Below, in pieces: positions 25,167-37,268 of a DNA stretch of 37,983 nucleotides. A program made the translations under genes and the position numbers. The stretch covers positions 1-37,983 of the forward strand of contig ADNK01003344.1 of NCBI GenBank assembly GCA_000320545.1, in the 5' to 3' direction. The notes beneath the pieces were generated by a model. The model saw nothing but the letters and a program-made list of their open reading frames with translations, was not told the DNA's origin and did no database searches. Position 1 is the stretch's first letter. Every line of letters starts with the position of its first letter. Origin of the DNA: Bigelowiella natans CCMP2755 (Eukaryota > Protista > Cercozoa).

Positions 25167-25841
25167 GATGATGATGATGATGATGATGACAGCAAGTGTG
25201 ATCATTATGAATTGAAATCCTAAAGCACGGACGATGTGTAAAGGAACAACAATGCTGCTGTCTGTCGTAGCCACAATCCACATAGTAAGGGCTACTACTA
25301 CATTGCTACTACTACTACTACTACTACTATCAGTATTACAACGTTCATGTCGATTATTGACATCTCTTCATCATACTAATTATCATCATCGACAGATAGA
25401 GGGGGGGGTGGTACCGGTCTCAGCTTAGCAAGGTAATTCGTGCACACACCACCCTGTGATTGAATGATAGTTTGATTGATTAATCGATGATAATATATCG
25501 GTAGTTATGATGGATCGTGTATAATAACAATAACAACAACAACAATGATAATAATAATAATAATGAGAAGACAAGAGCTATAAAAATGATAATCTTTCAG
25601 GCAAGCGTTAGGAAGTGTGCGTGTGTGTGTTTTCGTGTGTCAATTCACACTTATACTCCCTATCGTTTCTTGTTTAAGATGGTTCCACTCCTTGTCCCCC
25701 CCCTCCCCCCCTTCCCCCGACCCTTCCCTTCTTCTTCTTCTTCTTCTTCTTCTAACCTTGAGCACACTCATAGTGATGGTAATGCGGCCAGGCTGAGCGT
25801 TTGACGATGAAGATATGGTATAGAACCTACCATAAGGACCG

Positions 25842-25875
<34 letters not shown>

Positions 25876-26039
25876 GAATTCATTGCTGTTGTATAACAAT
25901 ACTACTATCACCATCACTATCACCGTGGCTGGAGCTTAGGGCAAATCTCAATGAAAACTTGGAAGGGAATCTGCACCAGACAACATGGATGTTTATTAAT
26001 GATTATACTTATATATTTAGCACATGGGTTCATCCACTG

Positions 26040-26070
<31 letters not shown>

Positions 26071-27981
26071 TTGCTTCGATCCAACTCGAATACTAATATC
26101 TTGTAGTGAGTAAGGACCTCCACACTTCGAAACTTTTCGAGAAGTGCTGCTACAGAAGTGTGGGGTTTGATGATTTCCTTGTCGTAGCGCTGTGATGGTA
26201 ATAATAACAACAACGATATTAGTCATTGATACGGTGATGATTGCTCAGGTCATCATCGTCGAGTACTACCTTCTTGTCCGTTGATAACGACTTCAACTCC
26301 GATTTCTAATGATTTTTATTGTTCGCGATGGAAGATGAGGGGAACAGACAGCAACGATTGAAATAGCAATAACATGTGGAGTGCTGCTTCTTGTTGTTAT
26401 AATTGTTGTTGGTGGTGATAAATGCAATCATTTCTTTCTTTTATTTGCAGCAGCTGCAGCTACCTCAGCGTCATCGGTTGCGTAGTACGAGAGAGTAGAA
26501 ATGAGAGATTTCTTTGGAGCGTTATTTATGTCAAGATGCCTGAAAATCATCATATAATATACACGCAATAATGGACGACATCGTACGGATGAACAATCAA
26601 TCCATCTATCGATCAATCATGCAATGAATGCACATCAAAGAGGAGGAGGAGGAGGAGGAGGAGGAGGAGGAGTATGTATGTGACGCAGTGAGATGTAGAG
26701 TGAGGAAGAATGGTGAAATTCATACCAAAGCATTGCATCCATAGCTGAGAATTGTTTTGGCAATCCTGTAGTGATAGTAGTAGAATTGTAGAAGAAGAAG
26801 AAGAAGAAGAAGAAGAAGGTGGGAGGGGTTAGAAGGGCTGTGAAGGATGCAAATGAAGAAGATTGTGTGTATGCATGCATGTGCAGCAACATCGACAGCT
26901 ACCTACAGCAAACACCAATTATTCAATGATTTTATATCTCCACCCGTCGGTCTCCCTGATGAATTCGCAGTGAATACGTCGTTTGTATGAACCCGTAAAC
27001 GCTTGCACAACCTGTGTTATTCAAGTACCAGCGGGTGGTAGTTGTAGTTTTTGTTACAGCAAGAAGTGTAAGAAGAAGAATAACAGCAAGGAGAAGAGGA
27101 AGAAGAAAAAGAACACCACATCCTAATTAAATCTCTCCCCTCTCCCCTCTCTCTTCATCTCTTCTGTTTCTTCTGTTTCTAGGATGGTGCTGCCTGTCAT
27201 CGATCGTGTCGTATATTTGGTGATATATACAGCATGCACATAAGTGATGATATAAAGCTGTTGTTTTACGAACTTGAAACTCGTTTTTTGGTCGTTTCTT
27301 GGATAAATCTGACAGAATAGTGTTATGTCATGAGGAGGAGGAGGGATGGACAACAACGAGAACGTTGTAAAAGTAGAGATATATGTAGTGAGAAGTACTG
27401 ATAGTAGTAAGAAGTATGGCAACAATTTAACAAAAATAAACGAGTAAAACAAACAGCAAAGAACAAACACAAATACATCATCATCATACCCCGAGATTAT
27501 CTGCTGTGTAGTAGTTTACAGAAAGATCCGAAATGGAGAACTCGATGTGCCGTGTGGAACCCTGTGAGTTAAATGACGATGATGCTGATGATGGAGACGA
27601 TTGGAAGAAGCATGCTCAGCCTCACTATCATGATTATTGCCATCGTTATCATCTTGATATTAGAGTAGTACTACCCCATTAATGCACTTTTGTCGGAGCT
27701 CTCTATTCACTTCTACACGGGACATTTCAATGTTGTCCTTTGGGGAGGAGGAAGAAAAAGAAGCAAGGAAGAAAGAAAGAAAGAATAATGATGATAGTAA
27801 TGATGATAACTTTTGATTTAGCACTACCCCATTATTGTAACTTTCCTCCGCCTCATCATCATCATCATCACCAACCTTAGAATCGGTAGCAGGGCTGTAC
27901 CCTGGAGAATACCCAGCAGCATCCTCCTACGCATACATAAAAACAAGAACAAGAAGAAGTACATAGTGATGGTGAAGTTGG

Positions 27982-28013
<32 letters not shown>

Positions 28014-28599
28014 GTATTATAATTGTTATTGCGGTAGTGAAGTTGTCGTTGTTGTGAGTAGCATGTACAGCAGCACTAAACAAGAATCATGAACATACCA
28101 CGATTTTCACGCTCCATTCAGGGGTGTAGCTGTCATCGGTGACAATATTATTTGCCCTGGAGAAAAAGAAGAACAATAAATATTTCAGTAAAGCGACATA
28201 ATAGAGGAGAAAGACAAATTCTCTTTTTCTTTTTCTTCTTCCTCTTGTTCTTTTTTCTCTTCCTACGAAAATTAAGTGTTCCTTCTGCTTGTAGAGTCTT
28301 GAACATAATGATGTTCTTCAAGGCTATGGCTATGGTTAGATAGCTAGCTAATAGTAATAGCAAATAATAATACCCTAATTGAAACTTCTTATCGGCAGCG
28401 GTGAAAAAAGCAGCTTTCCATTCATTAAAGTCGTCTTCTATGGAATCATCGTCGTCACCGAGACCAACATCGATGAGTCTGTTGCCACCGAGCTTCACAA
28501 TCCTCCTATCTGTCCGCTTGCCCATCTCACAGAATTGTTCGTATTGCTTGTTACCGAGGGCAAACACAGCGAAGTCCAGCTGAATAATGATCAAGTAAC

Positions 28600-28632
<33 letters not shown>

Positions 28633-28667
28633 ATCCACTTATTTGGAACGTGTGTGTGCGTGTGTGT

Positions 28668-28708
<41 letters not shown>

Positions 28709-29719
28709 ACAGATTATATGAAATACCACCTTTTACTGGCCAATGTATAGTTTATATAATGAAAAACTATTACTTACGTGGTAACTACTTAGCTCTATTT
28801 GAACATATGATGAAATCCATCCTCCATCAAACACTAACATCATCATCATCGTCATCATCCTTATTACTTGCTTGAACATGTCTCTCTGATCCAGCTTTTT
28901 TAGCCAACCATCGAATCCTGGGCGAAGACGATGACATCGATCATAGAATAATTAAAATACTAGGGGGAAAATGTCAAGAACAACCAACAGATATCCACCA
29001 TCATTTACACACATCCGCACGCAAGAAATCTTGGTGCGAAATGCACGTAACGCACAATTGCAATAAGCATCATCACCCTGTGCGCTATCCGTAGGTTCTC
29101 CTTCGCCGAATGTTGCCATAAGGAACACAGCAAAACTTTCTTTTTCCAAATCATCTTCATAATTGTACTCCTATTCAATTTGGTAGCAAAAGACAAAGAC
29201 GACGAACGATATGACGATGAGGATATTCGAGACTCTAATCCACGATCATTACTACAGCAGCAGCGGTGGTTATGGCAGTTGAAGCGTCATTTTTCTTCCT
29301 TCTTCTTCACGTAAGTGAGATTAATATTCCTCCTTCCTTTCTCAAATCCTTCTTCTTCTTCTACTACCTCAATATCCTGGATCGAAGGTTTGTAGCCCCT
29401 TTTCTTGGCTTCCTTTCCCAATATCTCGGCGAATTCCTCAGCCTGTAAACGTGTAAAAACCATCATCATATTTGTGTGTCCAATTTGTTCGCAGTCAGCA
29501 CCCGCAAACGTCATTCACACAGAAAGAGCGCCGAAGCTAAGATCTTCGCAGTGTAGTCGTGTATGATGATCCTCAAGTGTCAATAGGTAATACATTTCCA
29601 GTTTGTGTGCCAAAGATTATCGTCATTGGTACGCCTGTCTCATCCTCTTCTTCTGCCTGTCAAACCAATTCAAATTGTTTACGTATTATGTATGTGAGTC
29701 ATATGTGTGCGTGTATCTG

Positions 29720-29765
<46 letters not shown>

Positions 29766-29985
29766 GTGTGTATATGTGGGCATATCAACATATGCATATG
29801 TATTCAATATCATTCTCATCTAGGTTCAAAGAGACTACAACCTCATTTTTCTGCTCGACGTCATCTCCTCCTTCAGCGGGCACTTGTGACGGCCATTTAG
29901 GCTGTACGAATAGCTTATATGCCAGAAATAGCGCAATAGCCAACCCAGCGAGTAGGCATCCTTCCACGAGTCCTAATGCTCCCAT
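23355..29985 (-). CDS. CPR: NADPH-cytochrome P450 reductase (diflavin reductase), ~26 exons, N-terminal membrane anchor
   Basis: TM anchor (LLAGLAIALFLAY). FMN motifs: IFGTQTGN|AEEFA, MATFGEGEPTDSA, FAVFALGNKQYEQFC, GLGDDD. FAD motifs: NRELRQ, STRHIEF, YYTADNLG|IYPRND, LQPR|FYTISSS, GVCTNYL. NADPH motifs: IMIGPGTGLAPFM|GFIQE, LYFGCR, AFSRE..K|VYVQH, FVCGG, RYVQELWSV-TAA (23355-23357). Confidence 0.95.
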
Positions 29986-30463
29986 GATTCTTTTCTCCTC
30001 CTCCAGCGATGAAGCTGCTGGTGCGCCGCTGGTGCGTCGTCTGGGGTTCTCCTGGGTGGCTTTTGAGAGATTGACGCACCCGCTAGTGAGTTGTTGTTGG
30101 ATTGACAACAATTGCTACAACATCCGAAGCAGCTAGACTATTTTTTAAACCATAAACATCGAATCATCCACACACACATGTTACTCTCTATGTATTGTAC
30201 GACAACGTACGTCGGCTGCCACTGACAAATCGAATGGTCGATGCGTCTCCTGATCCAGCTCTATTTTTACAGAGAGACCTTGCATAGTTCTCATGTCGCC
30301 ATACAAAAATGCCATTCTTGAACAAAGCATCTGACATGGCGTGCCGATACGTCTGCAACGTGGACATCACGTTGTCGCTTCTCCCCTTTGAAGGAGAATT
30401 TGCAATTTTTTGTGAGAATTGGATATGTTGAAATGTAAGTTAACGTTTTGCCTCAAAACTGAT

Positions 30464-30583
30464 GGATACGACCATACCACGACTAATACACCCGATCCCT
30501 GCCGAACTCGGAAGTTAAGCGTCGTTGGGACTCGTTAGTACTGCGGTGGGGGACCACGCGGGAACACGGCGTTGTTGTATCCA
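30464..30583 (+). rRNA. 5S rRNA: 5S rRNA, single dispersed copy
   Basis: GGATACGACCATACCACG..CCCGATCCC..GAACTCGGAAGTTAAGC..GTTAGTACTGCGGTGGGGGACCACGCGGGAA..GTTGTATCC aligns position by position with eukaryotic 5S. Helix I (GGATACGAC/GTTGTATCC) and the other helices pair; internal A- and C-box-like sequences are present. Confidence 0.97.
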
Positions 30584-30587
30584 TATC

Positions 30588-30593
30588 TTTTTT
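30588..30593 (+). terminator. RNA polymerase III T-run terminator of the 5S gene
   Basis: TTTTTT a few nt after the 5S 3' end. Confidence 0.8.
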
Positions 30594-30858
30594 GTTTGTG
30601 CTCAAATTACCAGCGCGAAAACAAAATCTTTTTAGTTCTTAACTTGTGCGGAAAATATCGAAGAAATTTCTACTTCCAACATAGCAATTACAAACCTACC
30701 CGAAACCAATGCATCATCACGGTAGAATTTCGTAGTAATTTTACCGGTATTCTACTACTCACTGATGCATGGTTGTGAAGTTTTTGTTCCAATTCCTATT
30801 GGTGCGCAGTACATTGGTCAAAAAATATATGGGGAAATAACTAAAATAAAGATAGGAA

Positions 30859-31361
30859 ATGATTCAGTTGGAGGAAAGATTGACAGAAATTAACAGAGAG
30901 GAGCACAAAAGGAGGAGGAGGAGGAGGAGGAGAGGAGGCCGAACACCTACCTCCCCCTCTCCCCAGATGGTAGAGATACGAAGGACCATGCGTGGTGAGG
31001 CGAAACTCACGACGTTGGGGCTCATCCTAACGGTAGCAGCTGTTGCCCTTTTAGCGATGCCCCGCAGCAGCAGCAGCTTCAAACCTCGTCAGGTGATAGC
31101 ACGAACGACTTGGCGACTGTTAGAAATCATAAGTAGTCGGAGCACCGAATCTATTCCAATAGCAGAATAAGGAGATGATGATATGGATTAGTTGTAAATG
31201 TTTCTGCCTTGATTTAGGTGCCTCGCTTCATCGTCCTACGTTCTTCCGGCCCTCCTCTTTCACCAGGCGGTGCTCCAAGGAATTCTCTTGACCCTACAAT
31301 TTCAAATCCAAATTCTATCGGATCGACCTATCTTAAATGGGATGAAAAGGCCATGCGCATG

Positions 31362-31406
<45 letters not shown>

Positions 31407-31447
31407 CTGTTGTTACAGCGAAGGCAACAATAATTTGTCATTCCCAC

Positions 31448-31480
<33 letters not shown>

Positions 31481-32239
31481 GCTATTGATGACGCGTTGGC
31501 CGTTGCTGTATTCAACAAAGCTCTGATGAAAAAGAAGTCGATGATTTTAACATCCCTGGAGGACCACGCGTGACGAAACTTGAGCAACCATCTTCCGTAT
31601 CGTGGGGCCAAGACGGCACGGTGTGTGTTACCCACTACAATATCTTGTACTTGATTTTGAATTTTAGTACTAGTTTAAGCGAGTGCTAGGTTCCAAAGTT
31701 GATACTTGCTGCTGCTATATTCGAAATAATGCATTATGCGCATGAATGTGAGAAATGATCTCAACTTACGCAGTAGTACCCAGAAGTATGGATGAACGGA
31801 TGTAGCAGCATGTGTTTATAGCTCACAGAAGTATGGATGAACGGATATAGCAGTAGTATGTGTTTATGGCTCAAGTCTGCAACTTGCTTAATTACTATTT
31901 TCTTCTATTTCTCCCACTTCTCTTCTCATACTACTTTATTTCTCAAAAAATATTGTTTCAATATTGATCAATCAACTTTCTCTGTTTCTTTTGATTTGGT
32001 TAACATCATCATCATTATTCAGATTTATGTCCACAGCAAGAAGGACCCTGGTGTCGTCGTTGGAGAAGTAGATCAAAAATCGATGAATAACAGCAGCACG
32101 GTCACAACAGCAACAGCCTCCCCACCAAACAAGAAGCGATTGGCGGATAGCGCACTTGGGAGGGACAAATTCAACTATGACCGTTGGGATCGTATAGCAG
32201 ACGGAATTAGTGACACCTTCTACTCAGGCGATGATGCAG

Positions 32240-32270
<31 letters not shown>

Positions 32271-32290
32271 ATTGGGAATACGGGAAAGCG

Positions 32291-32327
<37 letters not shown>

Positions 32328-32397
32328 GTAGCTTGAGTGGAAGAAGGAAGACGAAGAAGAGCGCAGGATGCTTGCAGAGGTGTGTGTTGCTAGACGA

Positions 32398-32434
<37 letters not shown>

Positions 32435-32494
32435 GCACATTATCATTACCATCATTATGCTGTCATCATGTTTATCATCATCATCTCACCGTCG

Positions 32495-32529
<35 letters not shown>

Positions 32530-32627
32530 ATTCGTAGTCAAGTCACACATTCATAACCAGGAAAGGGAGAGGGCACGTGAGCGTTGGCTCGCAGCCAACC
32601 GAACCGGCATCACCAAGTAGTAGATAG

Positions 32628-32660
<33 letters not shown>

Positions 32661-32775
32661 TACCAACAGTAGCAGTAGCAGTAGCAGTAGTAATCGTAGA
32701 ATCTCACATGATGAGCATCTAGCTGCACGTAGACATTATCATCATCATACACTGTTCTTAAGTACGAGAAAACAT

Positions 32776-32811
<36 letters not shown>

Positions 32812-32974
32812 GCTTATATGTGAGAAATTACAACACCAAAACACATTTGACAACAAATAACATCCTCTATGCAGCACTTCGTTAGAAGAAGAGATGAGCA
32901 GGTTTAGAGATCTAGACATTGAAGGTACTGATGATCATGATGTATTAATATGTGCTACTCGATATTGTCAGCAG

Positions 32975-33007
<33 letters not shown>

Positions 33008-34005
33008 CGCACACACACACGCACACACAAAAATATCATATATTATATCAATTGACTAGAAATGCGATTCCGAAACAAGTCGTTTCATGCACGTGAAGAA
33101 GCGCTGACAATGGCATATATGACACGCAATGGGGCACATCGAGAAAAGTACGTGATTTTCCCTACTAATTTCTTATGATTATTAATATAATGTTTTTCAG
33201 ATACACATCGAACAAATGACAAACATAAAGCACATCAACTGCTGTGCCATTATTATTATTATGTTATTGTTATTCTTATGATGATCCACACAGATACATG
33301 TGGAGACAGGATTGGCGTGAGGTTGAGGTGTTCTTGAAACTTCCAGATAACACGACAAAACATCATGAGGTAGTACTAGTTCATACACGCCTTCCGCTAC
33401 TGCGACGACGACGACTGATTAACAACTAATGGTGCTGTACTACTATTTCTTCTTCTTCTTCTTCTCCGAAAGGATGATAGAAAATGACCAAGCATGATAA
33501 CACTTAGATAAACGATAACAACAAACACAGAATCACACACACACATTACATTAGTTCAATCTCTGAGTATTATTTGCTCCCCCCTCTCTGTATCATCTCT
33601 CAGGTTGTAGTGGCATTGCAAGAAGTTGTCCATCAATATCCACACGTCCGTATTGTGAGAAAGGATGATGAGAAGAAGAAGAAGAAGAAGAAGAAGAGAG
33701 AGAGAGGAGGAGGAGGAGGAGGAGGGGGAGGGGAAAATCCTGGAGAACACCCACATCCCGACAAAAGAAATGTTTTCTTCTATATTTTAATAATAGCGAT
33801 TATTTTCATGATTTCAGGTCGGCTTCCAATATTTCCTGAACGTGACGATTGGCGGAAAGCTCTTCTTCAAGAGAGAAATTGTGATATAAATTATATATTG
33901 ACATTTCATCGTCGTCGTCGTCGTCATCGTTGTTGTTGTTGTTACCTTTGATATTGCTGTAGCAGCTTGGTACAATATAAAGTGCATAGTATTTTTTGAA
34001 AGTCC

Positions 34006-34080
<75 letters not shown>

Positions 34081-34209
34081 GCTAAGTACTAGTACTATTT
34101 TCAGGCATTTAAGATCCTTCGAGACAAGACATTTGATGGAGGATGTACGATTTGCGACATTACTGATCTAAACCGATCATGAGCATCATCATCACCATTG
34201 TTCTTCTTC

Positions 34210-34241
<32 letters not shown>

Positions 34242-34334
34242 CTCAATGTCGTTGCATCATGATCAGTAATGTGGTCGTTGCAATCTTATGACGGGGAGGG
34301 CGGAAAATACCCACAGATGCGTCTTCTTCAGGTG

Positions 34335-34371
<37 letters not shown>

Positions 34372-34375
34372 CAAT

Positions 34376-34421
<46 letters not shown>

Positions 34422-34799
34422 AATCTGAACTATAAAGCTTCATACGTGAAAGATAACGATGAAGATGACAGCAGCTAGTATATATAGATCAACAACTACA
34501 AATCTCATCAGCATACTTGACCTCCTATTTGTTTGTATTGTATTTCATTTCTTCATGATTAATAATTGCTATGATCAGGTCGTTTGGATCAAAGAGAGGC
34601 GCTTCCATCACATTGCAAAACATTGGTGGAATGCTGCATTTAAGGGAGAACCTTCGATAAATGTGGAGTATATTATGGTCATAGTAGTAGTAGTAGATGA
34701 TGACGATGATCATAGTGCTAGTACAAATGGTGGGGCACATCATAATTTGCACTAGCGGCATCACACAACAGCAGCACAACACACACGATTTCATCATAC

Positions 34800-34844
<45 letters not shown>

Positions 34845-35645
34845 TTATTTGTATATGATGGAGTCGATAAAAGTAGAATCATCATTTGTGATAGTAGTAG
34901 TAGTAATAGTAGTAGTGGTAGTAGCATGCTGCAAACACCATTACCAGTATTACCACCACCCCACTCATCATCATCATCATTATCATCATTATCATCATCA
35001 TCATCATCATCATCATCGTTTTTCCCTCTCTTGCTCCTCCTCCTCCTCCTCCTTTTTTATTGATCAATCCCCTACTACTACTACTACTACTACTACTACA
35101 ACAACTACTACTACTAACAACAATAACAACAAACAGGATCGTGCGGACCAAAAGGGAGTGAAGAACTTCACGTACGTACAAAAAGAGAGGAGGAGGAGGA
35201 GGAGGAGGAGGAGGAGGAGGACAACGACGCATTTCGTTTCTGTCTTTCTCTCTCCCTCTTTCTCTTACTCGTAATTTGTGTTCGTATGTGTGTTTGTGTG
35301 TGTCTAAATGAGCCTCTATTCTTCCACTCTTCCTGCAGTTAGTAGTAGTAGTAGTAGCTGATGATGGAAATCAGATATATGATATGAGCCTCTATTCTTC
35401 CACTTCCTGCAGTTAGTAGTAGTAGTAGTAGCTGATGATGATGGAAATCAGATATATAATATTATATGTATTCTTCCACTTCCTGCAGTTAGTAGTAGTA
35501 GTAGCTGATGATGGAAATCAGATATATGATATTATATGTATTGATCTGCAGTTAGTAGTAGTAGTAGCTGATGATGGAAATCAGATATATGATATTATAT
35601 CAGTATTGATCGAAGACCTTCTTCATACACTCGACAGAACTCAAC

Positions 35646-35687
<42 letters not shown>

Positions 35688-36895
35688 ATAACTTAGAACC
35701 GTCTGGGAGGAGGCTCACAAACTCTTCAAAGAGAAGTCAGTAAGTTAGACGAACCAATCCGGGGGGGGGGAAAGAGAGTGGTTTTGGAAAGACAGGTTGG
35801 TGGTATGCACCTTGGTAAATAAAGGTCAGGGATCATCAGTTTGTCTTCTCCCTCTCCTCCTCCTCCTCCTCCTCCTCCTCCTCCTGCTCCTGCTCCTCCC
35901 ATTAGAATCAAGCACAAGAAGAAAATACCGATTTCTCTTTCATCTGATGACTACGAAAAGGCGAAGAAGGTGATGATGATAAAAGGACAATATCAACATA
36001 CACCACCATCTTATTCTTCTTCTTAATGATAACATGCGTGACCTAAATTCTAGCATAATTACATCAATTTGCTTCTCCACTCAATATCAACAATTACTAC
36101 TTCCACCACCATCAATGTCTTCTTCTTCTTCTTCCTAGTACGAGAAGGAGATTAATGAGCGCCGTCGAGCGAACCGTAAATGGGGTCTTCCTGGAGTGGT
36201 AACGAGCTAAAATGATGATGATGATGACGACGACGACGACGACGATGATGATGATGATGATATAATCGTTTAGTTAAAAGAGTAAAATTGCCATTAGTTA
36301 TGAGGTAGCTGTTTCCACTACTCTCTTCTTTCATTGGTGTTAGTGCTTGGTTGCTTGCATTTGGTGACTAATTGATGGATGGATGAATAAATGGATAAAT
36401 GAATGAATGAATGAATGTATGTATGTAAGGAGGAGGATGAAGAATGGATGAAACCTCTTCGAGCTCCTACTAAACCGCTAAAGTCTAAAGAGGTTATTTC
36501 TTCTTTACGAGATGTTGCGAGTTGCTATTCCTCCTGTTGTTGTCGCTGTTGGAAAAGTAGTAGTAGTAGTAGTAGTAGTAGTAGCAGTAGTAATAGCAGT
36601 AGCAGTAGTAGTGGCAACACTATTTAAAGGGAAACACAGGAAGAAGGACAAGTTACAATATGTTGTGAATCAGTTTTCTTGTATTGTCCTGCTTTGCCGT
36701 AGCAGAGGAGATTTATTCATTATTTTTTACATGCATATTTTGACGAAAGAGGATTGCTCGTAGGTGTCCAATTGCTAATTACACCTGTTTTGACGTCGTT
36801 ACTTGTTGGTTTTTCTCATATTTTTCATGCAGCTAATTCCACGAATGAGCACGACAGATTCAGCCAGCGATTACTACGACAATAACCTCGAATAG
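30859..36895 (+). CDS. NudC-like CS (p23/HSP20-like) domain co-chaperone with N-terminal signal-like peptide, ~20 exons; start codon uncertain (30859, 30967 or 30988)
   Basis: Spliced: hydrophobic LTTLGLILTVAAVALLAMP; TYLKWDEK..SSDE; PRVTKLEQPSSVSWGQDGT|IYV; FNYDRWDRIADGISD; TRNGAHREK|YMWRQDWREVEVFLKLP; LMWSL; VVWIKE..HWWNAAFKGEPSINVE; DRADQK..FT|TVWEEAHKLFKEK; ends NNLE-TAG (36893-36895). NG..Y.W.Q...EV and K...WW....GEP.I are NudC-type CS-domain hallmarks. Confidence 0.8.
31781..31873. repeat. ~45-bp tandem duplication in an intron
   Basis: CAGAAGTATGGATGAACGGAT(G/A)TAGCAG..ATGTGTTTAT(A/G)GCTCA occurs twice. Confidence 0.85.
35310..35600. repeat. Intronic minisatellite, 4 copies of a ~55-80 bp unit
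   Basis: Core CTGCAGT(TAG)nCTGATGATGGAAATCAGATATAT repeated four times with a variable (TAG)n count. Confidence 0.9.
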
Positions 36896-37268
36896 ACACG
36901 ATATAGCAATATTTAATCCTCTACAGCTATAAGATCTGGACATCTATGCTAGATATGTTCACTTGGGAGTTTAAGATGTATTTTGTCCTCCTGCGTTAAA
37001 TATCCACTTCCTTCCGGGCGTATGCAAGTGCATACGAAATAATGCTCAAATACGGCAAATTTAGTCGTTAGAGTGCGCGCATAGAAGTTGGAAATGCAGT
37101 CTGGCGCACATGCATACGCGCAAAGCCGGAAATAAGTGGTAAAAGCTACATCTTGTTACTGTCAGCGGTCTGGCCGCGCCACCCACGATCAAGGAGCTGT
37201 CGCAGCATGCGCACGTCCACTCGTGCTGCACGCTGCGCTGCGCACATGCGCATGGAAGTTCTCAGAAC

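Larger units (their letters stand above)
21..36615. repeat. Dense intronic microsatellites: (TA)n, (CT/GA)n, (CA/GT)n, (GAT/CAT)n, (TAG/CTA)n, (CAA/TTG)n, (GAA/CTT)n, (GAG/CCT)n
   Basis: Directly visible; mostly within introns of the predicted genes and largely absent from intergenic gaps and the LTR element. Confidence 0.95.

Noticed and set aside
31561-31570. GGACCACGCG identical to part of the 5S gene
   Set aside because: A 10-nt match inside a coding exon (GPRV); consistent with chance
35310-35600. CRISPR-like repeat array
   Set aside because: No unique spacers, the units are contiguous and intronic, the context is eukaryotic, and there are no cas genes
66-36763. Most ORFs in the six-frame track (poly-S, poly-L, poly-H, YIYI, CVCV, SLSL peptides)
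   Set aside because: They are stop-free readings of intronic microsatellites or antisense frames of real exons; spliced models explain the region
1-36895. Non-canonical introns or an altered genetic code
   Set aside because: All ~100 junctions I modelled can be drawn as GT..AG with consistent phase, with no in-frame stops under the standard code
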